Position numbers and translations under genes: made by a program
NCBI RefSeq assembly: GCF_001194135.2
Contig: NC_068994.1
Span: 22,382,747-22,446,746, forward strand
Direction of reading: 5' to 3'
Origin: Octopus bimaculoides
Taxonomy: Eukaryota
DNA length: 64,000 nt
Notes under the pieces: generated by a model
Told to the model about the DNA's origin: nothing
Database searches by the model: none
Seen by the model: the letters and a program-made list of their open reading frames with translations, nothing else
Part shown: in pieces, positions 49,905 through 61,944 of the stretch
Position numbering within the stretch: the first letter of the stretch is position 1
Layout: each line of letters begins with the position of its first letter

Positions 49905-50460
49905 AGGCAGTGAGTTAGAATTGCTAGCACCTGGAGCAAAATAATTAGTGACATTTTGTCCCTCTTTCTGCTCTGAGTTCCCAAAACAATTCTGTTGGGG
50001 CTGGCTTTATCTTTCATTCTTTCCAGGTTGATAAAATAAGTACCATTTGAGTACTGGGGTCAATGTAATTGACATACTTCTTCCTTGAAATTGCTGGCCT
50101 TGTGCCAAAATTTGAAATTAGTATTTTTTCTGGCTTTAAGGTAGTGAGCTGGCAAAATCATTAGCACCTGGGCAAAATGCTCAGCAGCATTGTAAGTCCA
50201 TCTTAATGTTCTTAGTTCAAATTCCACTGAAGTCACCTTTGCTTTTCATCCTTTCGGGGTCGATAAAATAAGTACCAGTCGAGTACTGGGAACTGATGTA
50301 ACTGACTTACCCCTCCCACCAAATTACTGTCCTCATTCCAAATCATTATTTGAAATCATTATTCCTTCTGATTCTTTTCATTTTGAGTTCAAATGCTGCC
50401 AAGATGAACATTCCTTTTCTAGGGATTGGTAAAATAAAGCACCAGTCAAATAGATTCCAG
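49905..50460 (+). mobile_element. Three head-to-tail decayed copies of SINE family C
   Basis: Repeated GGTAGTGAGCTGGCA..TTAGCACC head and CTTTCATCCTTTC.GGGTCGATAAAATAAGTACC core near 50010, 50245 and 50415. Confidence 0.7.
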
Positions 50461-51249
50461 NNNNNNNNNNNNNNNNNNNNNNNNNNNNNNNNNNNNNNNN
50501 NNNNNNNNNNNNNNNNNNNNNNNNNNNNNNNNNNNNNNNNNNNNNNNNNNNNNNNNNNNNNNNNNNNNNNNNNNNNNNNNNNNNNNNNNNNNNNNNNNNN
50601 NNNNNNNNNNNNNNNNNNNNNNNNNNNNNNNNNNNNNNNNNNNNNNNNNNNNNNNNNNNNNNNNNNNNNNNNNNNNNNNNNNNNNNNNNNNNNCAAATTA
50701 ATTGACTCTTTTCCCTAGCCAAAATTGTGACTTTATTACTGGTCACCGTCAAATATTAGGTGGGGGGATGACAATGCAATAAAGTGCAAGGTGAATACTA
50801 AAGTCCATTTAATCAACTAACCCACCCCAACAAAAGTAGGTAATCATGTGTCTAAGTTAGAATCAAATATTACTATGGTTTGAGCAGTGTAAATAGATGG
50901 AGGCAGAGGTGGTGGTGTTGGTGGGCGGTGCTAGAGAAATTAAAACATGTTGGTACTGTTGTTGAAGGTAGTGCAAATGTAATGGTGGAAGCAAATGATA
51001 GTGGTAGGGTGGTGGTCATCACTGTTGGCTAGTCACGTCACAAGTCAGCCCTGATCCATTAAGACTTATGGTCAAAAGAAATTCCAGCCATGACCATGGC
51101 ATATATATATATATATATACATATGTATCCACAAAGTCTGGGTACATGGGGATTAACACATACTTTAAGAAATTATTATTTCTTATATTTAATTGTTTAT
51201 GTTATGATTTTATTTACTCCATGTACCCAAACTTTGTATCAGCTCAGTA

Positions 51250-51680
51250 TCAGCTAGTATGACAAAAACTCCTGAAATAGAAGTACTCCAGAGAGATGTC
51301 CCATCACTATACCCCACGCTTAGATCCAGATGACTCAGATGAACGAATGACCCCCACCCATTGAATCCCCAAACAAGTGTTCCAAGTAGATGAAAGAAGA
51401 AACAAAGGATCTCCAAAGCTGTGGTTAAAGGCCCAAAGTAAAACTATCCTGAAAGAGTTCTCTATCGAAGAAAGAAAATGGTAAGAGTCAGCAAAGGACT
51501 GCAGCAAGTGGAGATCAGTTGTGTACAGAGAGGATAACTGCATTCAACATGCTGAGGAGGCAAGACAAAGACAAGAGTGTACAACAGTAGTAGACACTTC
51601 TGCTAGAACTTATCAACCACAAAAGATGTTGTTCAGAAAGAAGTTAAGTGAAGTAGTTGGATGTAATAAATGAAGAAGTT
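51250..51680 (+). mobile_element. RTE-BovB-like LINE C-terminal remnant
   Basis: ...RMT.PIESPNKCSK/IPKQVF...GSPKLW...AKDCSKWRSVV resembles HVxRM..RIPK...GRPKLR..D.SKWR. Confidence 0.55.
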
Positions 51681-52869
51681 ATTGTCTCTGCAATACCATA
51701 GATCAATGACAAAAAGGCCAAAGAAATATCTTTATAATACACACACATGTATATATAAAAACACACACACGTGTGTGTGTGTGTGTGTCCTTGTCTTGAC
51801 ATCATGTGATAGTCATAAATGCGTGTCACTGCCATAGAAGTAGTGTCATTCAATTCCAATATTCTGCAGAAACATGCTGGAGCATGGCAAAATATTACCT
51901 TGCTTGGAAACAGGTGAGGGTTGTTGACAGGGAGAGCATCCAGCCTCAGAAAATCTGGCACAACAAATTCCATCTGACTCATGGAAATATGGAAAAGTGG
52001 ATGTTAAATGATGATGCTGAATGATGTGTGTAGAAAGATAGACAGACAGATAAATAGATAAATCTTGATACACACACACACACACACATGTATATTCATT
52101 TAACTACCCACAAGGTATACAATTTTCATCACAGGCACACAATTTTTCAAAACTTTACACATACAAACACACTCGAAATTGTGATGGTTAAAAAGAAATA
52201 CAATAAGAATGATGATGTTAGTGGTTATCTTCAACAGAAATGACTGTCATTCGGCATAGAAATTTTTTTCATAAACCTTTTATTACTAATATTAGAGAGC
52301 TGTTTATACAGTTGTTATAAGCAATATGTTATCTTGTAGATAAAGACAAATAATACTACTTTGATGAGCAGTTATGTGTGATGTTTTTACTTCAGATGTT
52401 TTTCTACTTTTATTTTCAGAGTATTCAATTTAAAACAATCTTGGAATATGAGGCAACAACAGAGATGTGTTAGAAAGAATTACTAAATCATGGAATAGAG
52501 CTCAAAAATATTTTATGGAATATAAGAAGGATAGAGACCATACTGAAAGAAATTGCATTACATATAGAAGTAAAAATATATAAAAAGAAAAAAAACTTTT
52601 AGTCATTTTATATAATTAATTGTTAAATCATGAACATATAACAATGGGATGAACATTTTATGTCAAGTACAAGATCAAGAGAAGTATAGGCACTTAAAAA
52701 AAAATATTTAATATTACTGAAAGAAAGCACAGTCCTAAATCCAAATTTTTTCAGAATACAGAAAGACCATATATTATAGCAATATAAACTAATATAATTA
52801 TGAATATAACAAAGTGAATTTTATAAAATTATATAATAATGTTTGTGAGATATACAAACCTAAGTTAAA

Positions 52870-53901
52870 ATGATTAATGTTCAATCCATGAACGAGAGTG
52901 AAAAGCAGTCAACATCTGATACCAAGACAAATGATGACTTGCAAAGTACTGCAAATAGTAAGAAACCTTTCAAATGTGCAGTGTGCCGCAAAGGGTTTAC
53001 TTTACGTGTATATCTCGCCAAACACGAATTGGCCCCAGAAGCAGAGAAACATTTCAGTTGTTCTTTCTGTGGAAAAGCTTTCAGCCAAAGAGATAAACTG
53101 AAAAATCATGAACGTACACACACAGGGGAAAAACCTTATCATTGCAATGTTTGTGAAAAGGCATTCAGCCAAAGAACACATCTCAGCAAACATAAACGTA
53201 CACACACAGGAGAAAAACCATTTGTATGCTTCACTTGTGGAAAGGCATTTTCACAAAAATCTTATCTTCATAAGCATCAAAGAACACACACTGAACTAAA
53301 ACCATTTGTGTGTTCTGTGTGTCAGAAGAACTTTTCACAGAAATCGTATTTAAACAAGCATGAACGAACTCACACAGGGCTAAAACCATTTGAGTGCGCA
53401 ATTTGCCATAAAGTGTTCTCACAAAAATCATATCTTAACAAACATGAAAGAACACACAGTGCAGAGAAACCTTTTAACTGTAGCCTATGCAGCAAAGTAT
53501 TTTCCCAAAGAGCACATTTAAAAAAGCATGAACAAACACATAGTAGAAATGAAATTTTACAATCAGAAAAACAATCAGAACCAGAAATAGAAGAAGAAGA
53601 AGCAAATCTAGAACAAACATTGCTGCCATTGACTGATCAGCAGTCCCTTGAACCATCATCACCATCACAAGTCCAATTAACATTTGAAACACAAACAAAC
53701 TCCCAACAACTTACTTGCTGTATACAACCATTGATGCCTATCTCAATTACATCAGTGATACCAAACAATTCACAGGTAAATAATTACAACTGGTCAGCTG
53801 GGTTCCCAGTGACACCAACATGGGCTGCTGCTTGGACAAACACACCCACAGAACCAAATTGCTGCCTAAGTATATTAGAAGCTCAAACTGAAGAAAAATA
53901 A
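52870..53901 (+). CDS. C2H2 zinc-finger protein, 343 aa, 6 canonical plus 1 degenerate tandem fingers, acidic/PST-rich C-terminus
   Basis: Repeated C-x2-C-x12-H-x3-H with TGEKP-type linkers (aa 34-224); first finger lacks the last His; AAAATG start; no KRAB, SCAN or BTB domain. Confidence 0.93.
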   Translation: MINVQSMNESEKQSTSDTKTNDDLQSTANSKKPFKCAVCRKGFTLRVYLAKHELAPEAEKHFSCSFCGKAFSQRDKLKNHERTHTGEKPYHCNVCEKAFSQRTHLSKHKRTHTGEKPFVCFTCGKAFSQKSYLHKHQRTHTELKPFVCSVCQKNFSQKSYLNKHERTHTGLKPFECAICHKVFSQKSYLNKHERTHSAEKPFNCSLCSKVFSQRAHLKKHEQTHSRNEILQSEKQSEPEIEEEEANLEQTLLPLTDQQSLEPSSPSQVQLTFETQTNSQQLTCCIQPLMPISITSVIPNNSQVNNYNWSAGFPVTPTWAAAWTNTPTEPNCCLSILEAQTEEK

Positions 53902-54389
53902 CAGAAATCTATTCAATGTTATTAACTGCTAAAATAACATTTAGTTTAGAAGACATTACAATTAGATTTTAATTTATTGAAAATACAAAACACAAAAGAC
54001 TGTTATTTCATTGACACACCACCACTATCTTATTTGCAATTTTAATTAATATTAAACTTTTCATGCATTTACCTTATAGAAACTACTTTTCCACCATAAG
54101 GATAAATTTAGTTCTACAAATTATTAACTTTTTACAGTAACTGAAGATGTATCTAAGATATTTTGTTTAAATAAAAATAAATAGGACAGAACTTTTAACC
54201 ACTAACCAAAAATGTTAATTCTTTTACCAGAAGAAAGTTTTAAAAATATTAGCATATGATTTTTAGTTTTTTTTTTTTTTTTTGGTTTAACTGCAACTTT
54301 TCACACACACATATGCAGTGACGGGGTGTAGATCATGCAGGCCATGGCTGTGTAGCTAAAAAGTTCATTTTGCAATTACATGGCTTCAT

Positions 54390-56445
54390 GGAATCGACCA
54401 AATTCAGATGCTGCTTTTCATGTGCCACCGGCACTGGCAATGACCCAGGCATGAATGGTGCTTATTGCGTGCCACTAGCATGAGAGCCAGTCAGGTGGCA
54501 CTGGCATTGGCCACAACTACAATTTCCATTTTGATTGTGATTTTGATTTTGATTTTTGATTTTACTCAACTCAAAAGGTCTCAAGCATGGCGTGTCGCCC
54601 AACAATTCAGAGGTACTTTTTAAATGGGCTGGTTATGCGACACTGGTATAGGCTACAGCTGTGATCTCACTTTACATGCCAGATCTTCCCAATCACAGCA
54701 TATCTCCAGAGGTCTCGGTCTCTTGTTATTGCCTCTGTGAGGCCCAACGTTCAAAGGTCATGCTTCAGCACCTCATCCCATGTCTTCCTGGGTCTCCCTC
54801 TTCCACAGGTTCCTTCCACTGTTAGGCAGTGACACTTCTTCACACAGCTCTCCTCATCTATACACAGCACATGACCATACCAACGCAGTCGTCTCTCTTG
54901 CATACCATGTCTAATGCTTATATCCAACATTTCTCTAAGGACACTTACACTCTGTTGTGTGTGTACACTGACATTACACATCCAGTGGATCGTACTAGCT
55001 TCGTTTCTTTCAAGCCTACGCATGTCTTTAGTAGTCATGGCCCATGTTTCACTGCCGTATAACATGCACACAGGCATCATACAGTCTAACTTTCACTCTG
55101 AGCGAGAGGCCCTTTGTAACCAGTAGAGGTAGGAGCTTTCTAAACTTTGCTCAGGCTATTCTAGTTTCTCCCCCGGGCATGTGATGGAATCTGTTTTCTG
55201 AGCATCTTCGGTGCTTATTGCCCCTGTGCATCAGCTACACACAAAAGCTATCATCCCGCTTAACCTTTCTTTGATGTTGCTGCACCTCTTATGCATCCAT
55301 AGCTTACACTGGGTACATCTTATAGAGTCTCTACCTTTGCCTTTTCTACAGATCGAGCAGGACCTTCTACCTGAAGGGGTTTGTGATTTGTTCACCTCCC
55401 TACTTACAGGACTTTGATTTTTTCAACATTGACTCTAAGGCCCTTCAATTCTAAACCTTGCTTCCACACCTGAAATTTCTTCTCTAGTTCTGGTAGTGAT
55501 TCCACTATGAGAGCAAGGTCATCAGCATAGAGGAGCTCCCAGGAGCAGCCTGTCTTAAATTCCTCTGTTATTGCCTGGAAGACTATGATGAATATAAGAG
55601 AACTGAGGGCTGATCCTTGGTGAACCCCTACTTCTACTCGGAATTCTTTACTATACTCATTGCTGCCCATTACCTTACTGACAGCATCCCTGTACAGCTC
55701 TTATTAACCAATCATCTATTCCTAGTTTCCGCATCGCCCACCAGATAAGGGATCAGGGGACACTGTCAAAGGCTTTCTCCAAGTCAACAAAAGCCAAGTA
55801 TAGGGGTTTGTCTTTGGCTAGGTATTACTCCTGCAGTTGCCTTACCAGGAATATAGCATCGGTGGTGCTTCTAGCTGGTACAAAACTGAACTGCATCTCA
55901 TCTAAGCAGACTCTTTCCCTAATTAGTTGGACTATGACCCTTTCCATGACCCTCATCACCTGATCCAGCAGTTTGATACCCTTGTAGTTATTTCTATCTA
56001 AAGCATCACCTTTACCTTTGTAGCAGTTGACTATGGTGCTGCTAAGCCAGTCATTGAGTATGACTCCTTCGTGAACTACCTGGTTTACAATACGGGTGAC
56101 TAGACCATAACCCACACCACCAGATATTTTAAGCATCTCATCAGTGATTCCTGATGGGCCGGGGGCTTTTCCTGACTTCATATCCTTAATTGCTTTATCT
56201 ACCAGGGAGCTATCGATTCGGGTAACTGGTCCCTCAACTGGGTCAACATTTGGCAGGCTCTCCACCTCCCATTCATTCTCCTCATTCAGCAGCCTTTCAT
56301 AATGGCTTCTCCAAGCCTCTTTCTTAGCAGAATCATTAAAAGCAAGTGCACCATCATCCATGCAGACACATTTCTCTCCTGTAACATCACAATTTTCTCT
56401 CACACAATGTCTTGCAATCTGAAATACTTCAGTTCTTTGGTCCAA
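54390..56445 (-). mobile_element. 5'-truncated RTE(-X) LINE, about 2 kb, with frameshifts
   Basis: ORFs 55825-56445 (KAPGPSGI, KGKGDALDRNNYKGIKL, QFSFVPARSTTDAIF), 55404-55670 (VGVHQGSALS, YADD) and 54751-55080 (RLRWYGHV..GRPRKTW), followed by the 3' UTR. Confidence 0.93.
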
Positions 56446-57009
56446 ATATAAATATCAAATATCATGAAATATAAAAATATTTGGATTTCAATGTTTTTGA
56501 GATTGCATGATAACTGTTTTAGAATTGTAATGAAGAATGAGAATAAAATATGAAAAGTGAAGACAGGTGATTCTTAACAGGTGAAGAATGTTTTTAGTTT
56601 TCTCAGTTAGTAGTGAAGGGCAGTATGAAAGATACACTGAGAAGAGATTGCATATCTGAAGCATTGGATGAGGGAGATCAACAACTATAGTTTGGATATG
56701 AGACGAAAAGAAATATGTTAGGGAGAAAAAAAGATGATTGATGTTAGCTGGAGAAATAAATTGGCAGGTTGAAAACTGAAGAAAATAAAACTTAGAAACA
56801 ACTAGAAAGATGCTCTGAAGCAAACTGAACCTGTTCAGGCTAACCTAGCATTGAAAAATTGATTTGATGAGGATAATTTAATCTAATGACGGATTTTCTG
56901 ATGGTCAGTTCATATCTTCCCAAAGGCATGCATGTTTGCATGTTTCCAGGATTAAGTTCATATCTTCCCAGGGAATACATGTTTCCAGGGTTAAAAGTCT
57001 TATTGGACC

Positions 57010-57240
57010 ATTAGCTTTATCCTTTAGTATCCACATTATTCTCTCAAAAGTAATGCTTATTTATTCATATTGTTTTGAAATAATCATGCATTATCTTGTA
57101 GCTTCAAAATTTTGAAGATGTGATTGTTATTTTTAAAATGACATTATAGGGTAGGTGTGAGAGATTGGATCTGGCTGGTTTGAACATAAAACATGTTAAA
57201 TATTTGGGCCAGATATGGCCAATTTATATTAACTTAACGC
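57010..57240 (-). mobile_element. piggyBac-type MITE (decayed)
   Basis: Reverse complement of the 62747-62974 family. Confidence 0.6.
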
Positions 57241-58232
57241 CATAAATTATAGAAAAGAAATGCAGAATTCTTAGGAATTGTTGCTAATGGAGCCACAAGT
57301 TATTTATGGAATGCAATAAAACACCTTCCACACGCATATCCATCTGGCGTCACTTCCAGTCGAATAGAAATGATGAAGGCAACAGTAATATACATGGTGA
57401 CCTGGACATTGTAATAACCCTCTACTTCTCAGGTAATTGATCTACAGATGGGTGATGTTCTCACAACAGTAGATATTGAAAAACACATAAAGAATAATAG
57501 GTGCAGACATGGTTGCATTATTAAGAAGTTTGCTACTCAACCAAATAGTTTAGGGCTCAGTCCCACTGAATGAAACCTTGGGGAAGAGGCTTCTTGAAAC
57601 CCCCGGCTGACCATAGCCTTGTGAGTGGATTGAGTAGGTGGAAACTGAAAAAAGCCTATCATATATACGAGCATGAGCCTATGAATTTATGTGTGTTCCT
57701 ACATGTGCATTTACATTTCTGTGTTTTCAAAAATTGCAAGCTACAAGCAGTGTTATTGCTGCCATTTCTCTTGTCAACAAATTTTCCATTGGCTTTGTGC
57801 CTTTGAGATGTGTGACATAATGAAATGGGTTTCTTCCAGTTTCTGGTTACCAAATCTACTCACAAGGTTTAGGCCTGGGGCTATATCAGTCTCTTGCCCA
57901 AAACGTCATGCAGTAGGATTGAAACTAAACCTGAAATTACTTGGTTGTGAAGCAAACTTCTTAACCACACAGCTCTGTCTGTGCTTACACACACACACAT
58001 ACACAATCTCTGGTCATTTTTCATTTATTTAGTTTCAATTTGAAATATGGAGTAACAATGAAAAGTCGAAATCAACACGTACACGAGAGATTTTTTTCCA
58101 GAGTGCATATTTTACATGAATATAGTAATTAAAAAAAAATGTAAGATCCTCCAGTAAACCTTTTCACTTTCCTAAATGAATGAAATGACAGAAACACCTC
58201 ATGCTGGTGCAATATAATTTATATGAATGATA

Positions 58233-58900
58233 TGTTGATAGTTAAGGAAGACAAATCCTCCCGGAAGGGAAACAATTCATCCCCATTTGCCAGGGTTAGG
58301 AAAAGAGGGTAGCGGAATTAGCAATGTAGATAGACAGGTTTGCTTTTTATATAATATAAAAGCTGTTGTTTCCTCTGTATCTGAAAGTGATGTTGTTTAT
58401 TATTTAACACCGGTGGAAAATGACAATCGGTGAATACATCATGGCTTCAAAATTACTGGCACCACCTCCACTAATAAGAAAACACTGAGGAAGGAAATGC
58501 AGATTTGGGAATTAATGAGCCCCAGCTCCCTTCTTGATTGAAAGGAAAAGCTAGAGAGACAGTTCTTGAAATAGATATTGCTACCTGAAATGCTGACAAT
58601 GGAATGTCACAACTCTAACAAAAATTAGACAAACTTTTGGAAGATTCGAATTAATTAACATTTATCACGTATAAATTGCTTGAAAAATAGCAATGACAAA
58701 AAGACACAACAATGACGATCGCATCCAGTGTGATCATCTTGTTGCAGGACTTAGAGATTACAAAATAATATTACTGGAACCTATATTTGCATTTAGGGTG
58801 AATCTGATGCCAGAAATAAGCAAATAGCAAAAGCTACGGTTGGTGAACTAACTCTGTGCTAGGTCAAAGCAGCTAGTGAAAGTTCTGTGTAAACTTTTAC
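58233..58900 (+). mobile_element. LTR retrotransposon remnant: putative 177-bp LTR (58233-58409) plus decayed gag
   Basis: TGTT...AACA termini; GKARETVLEIDIAT*NADNGMSQL*QKLDKL and LLEPIFAFR...KQIAKATVGELT resemble an invertebrate LTR-element gag family (recall). Confidence 0.55.
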
Positions 58901-58979
58901 TAGCTGCTTTGTCAGAAACCTAACTCCACCAACTGTAATGAAAAGAAAAATAGAGTTTGATGTTACTTATAACAAAAGC

Positions 58980-59350
58980 CAGCCGTGGCTGTGTGGTGAG
59001 AAGCTTGCTTTCCAACCACATGGTTCCAGGTTCAGCCGCACTGTGTGGCACCTTGGGCAAGCTGGTTGACCAAAGCCTTGTGAGTGGATTTGGTGGATGG
59101 AAACTGAAAGAAGCCCATCATATACGCACGTGTGTGTGTATATGTGTGTCTTTGTATCTGTTTGTCTCCCACCACCGCTTGACAAACAGTGTTGGTGTGT
59201 TTACATCCCCCATAACTTAGCAGTTGGCAAAAGAGACTAATAGAATAAGCACCTGGCTTTAAAAAAAGTAGTACGGTCAATTCATTCAAGAAAAATTCTT
59301 CAAGGCGGCTCCCCAGCATGGCCACAGTCTAATGACTGAAATAAATAAAA
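58980..59350 (+). mobile_element. SINE family A, near full length
   Basis: Head GTGGCTGTGTGGTGAGAAGC...GGTTCAG, central (GT)n, tail ATGACTGAAATAAATAAAA. An inverted copy lies at about 60370-60670; others at 37930-38230, 48395-48640, 57495-57720 and 57820-57990. Confidence 0.85.
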
Positions 59351-59499
59351 TTGAAAAACATGTAAGTACAAGAACAAGAAATAGGCAACCTAAACAAAAA
59401 CCTGTTCCTAAGGTGATTGTGTTTCCCAAACTAAGAAAACTTTAATCTAAACATGCAAACAATGAGGACCCAAAGCTGAAAATAAAAACAAGCATCTAA

Positions 59500-59605
59500 T
59501 GAATAAACATTATTTACAATTGACGGATGTTTGTTCTCATCTTGTTTGTTGTTAACACAATGTTTCGGCTCATATACACTCCAGCCTTCATCGGGTGTCT
59601 TGGGG
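59500..59605 (-). mobile_element. Penelope terminal (pLTR-like) fragment carrying a hammerhead motif
   Basis: Minus strand ...GACACCCGATGAAGGCTGGAGTGTATATGAGCCGAAACATTGTGTTAACAACAAAC... Confidence 0.65.
59554..59599 (-). ncRNA. Degenerate minimal type-I hammerhead ribozyme
   Basis: Stem I GACAC/GTGTT, core CCGATGA (U4>C), stem II GGCT/AGCC, GAAAC, cleavage triplet ATT (canonical copies have GTT with an AACGTT palindrome). Confidence 0.6.
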
Positions 59606-59639
59606 ATATGGCGTAGTGGTTAAGAGCGCAGGCTACTAA

Positions 59640-60065
59640 CGTTTGGATGGTGCTTTTTACGTGCCACCAGCACGGGGAGCCAATTCAGTGGCTCTGTTAG
59701 CGACCCATGCAATGAATGGTGCTTATTGCGTGCCACCAGCACTGGTAATGGCCACAACTACAATTTCCATTTGATTGTGATTTGATTTGATTCTGATTTA
59801 CTTGACTCAATAGGTCTCCTCAAGCATGGCATGTCACCCGACGATGCAAAGGTAATTTTTAAATGGACTGGTTATGCAACACTGGTGTAGGCTACGGCTG
59901 TGATCACACTTTCCTTGCTGGGTATTCTCAATCACAGCATATCTCCAGAGGTCTCAGTCTTTCGTCATTGCTGCTGTGAGGCCCAATGCTCAAAGGTCAT
60001 GCTGCATCACCTCCTTCCATGGGTTCCTTCCACTTTTAGGGAGTGACACTTCTTCACACAGCTCT
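59640..60065 (-). mobile_element. RTE 3' end fragment
   Basis: Near-colinear with 54410-54860. Confidence 0.85.
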
Positions 60066-60482
60066 CCTCATTCATAAGTAGCATGCAAAGCTGAATGATA
60101 AACAAATCTGTGAAGCTAGATTTGTGGCAAAAGGTTTTCAAAATAGAGTTGCAAATAATATTAGAAATGATTCTCTCACATATTCAAAAGAGGGTCTACA
60201 TGTAACATTAGGAATTATGGTATCTCAGAGTTGGATATGTAAATCAATGGTTTTTAAGACTGCATGTTTACAGAGCAAGCAATTAAATAAGTTAGTTTGA
60301 TCCTCTTCAATGTACATGCAGGTTATATGTTTTATATGTAAAAATATATCTTTTTTTTTATATATATAAGTCATTTGACTGCAGTCAGCTGGGACATTGC
60401 CTTGATGGGTTTCATAAGTTAAGGGGACATAAACACAACAAATGGTGGTAGAGAGACAAACACAGACACAAAGACACACACG

Positions 60483-60519
<37 letters not shown>

Positions 60520-61559
60520 CGCTTCTTTCAGTGTTCATCTATAAAAATACACTCATAAGGCTCTGATCTGAGGCTATAGTAGAAAATACTTACCCAAGGT
60601 GACACAGTGGGAATGAAGCAGGAACCATGTGGTTGGGAAGCAAGCTTCTTACCACACAGCCATGCCTGTGCCTATATATGGCAGCTTTTAAAATATGTAT
60701 ATAGTTTGACTGATGCTTCAAGATCCTGGCAGGTAATGATCAGAGAGGAATTAAAGACATCCAGAGAAGAATTAAAGACAGTATTTTGGAAACAAAGTGA
60801 TTGATATTTATAGCTACATTTGCTGAGGATTTCTAATTTTGCAGGTGCAAAGATCATTCAGACTCATGTTATAGATAGGCTTCATAAATTATTTGAAGCT
60901 GTGAAAAGTAGTAGAAAGTTGGTAAACTGAAATAGAAATTTTTTTTTAAATGGAGAGGATGTTAAACTAAGACAAAGCAAATACATACAGAAACTGAAAT
61001 ATGTTCCATTATAAAATAGAATAAACTGAGAGGACAGAATACCAACAACAGTTTAGGCAACTAAATTGGTTAAACTAGATCAGTTTTCAGTTATGATGTT
61101 GGTGAGTTAAGCTCCATGTAGTGTATTAAACAAGTTAACAAAGCAGTAAAGAAAGGAAGGAAAAATTTCAAATGGTTATTTCAGAATTAAGAAATCTTGA
61201 TCTCTTACAAATACTGGTATACAATCTGAAAGAGGTGTGTGTGTGTGGGGGATAACAATCAGGCTGTTATCTTTTCAGTTGGTGGCAACAATAATAAATA
61301 TATGCCCATTGCCTAGCAATCTAAATGCATTAAGAGTTGTCAAAAGTACTCTAGCTGTGGAAATTTTGCCTGTGGTTGACACAACAGAGGCATGATTCTT
61401 CTTTTTTAATAGAAAATTTTCACTGGGCTTGTTATAGTTAAGGAACAATATCATAAATATATAAATAATTTGTAAAATAGACAATTCCTGTCTGTATGAT
61501 GCAATACACTCAACAACACAACATGTATAGCAAGAACACAGACATTTATCACTGAATAT

Positions 61560-61944
61560 GTTGTTGGCACTCCATCGCTTATGCCGTCGAGGGTTCCAGC
61601 TGATCCGATCAACGGAACAGCCTGCTCGTGAAATTAACGTGCAAGTGGCTGAGCACTCCACAGACACGTGTACCCTTAACGTAGTTCTCGGGGATATTCA
61701 GTGTGACACAGTGTGACATGGCTGACCCTTTGAATTACAGGCACAACAGAAACAGGAAGTAAGAGTGAGAGAAAGTTGGTGGTGAAAGAGTACAGCAGGG
61801 TTCGCCACCATCCCCTGCCGGAGCCTCGTGGAGCTTTAGGTGTTTTCGCTCAATAAACACTCACAACGCCCGGTCTGGGAATCGAAACCGCGATCCTATG
61901 ACCGCGAGTCCGCTGCCCTAACCACTGGGCCATTGCGCCTCCAC
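61560..61944 (-). mobile_element. Young full-length tRNA-derived SINE (family D) with 13-bp TSD
   Basis: Head GGAGGCGCAATGGCCCAGTGGTTAGG...GGTTTCGATTCCC, (AAC)n tail, TATCACTGAATAT duplicated at 61547-61559 and 61945-61957; many CpGs intact. Confidence 0.93.

Noticed and set aside
56900-56995. About 45-bp direct repeat (AGTTCATATCTTCCCA...CATGTTTCCAGG)
   Set aside because: Simple two-unit local duplication with no further structure.
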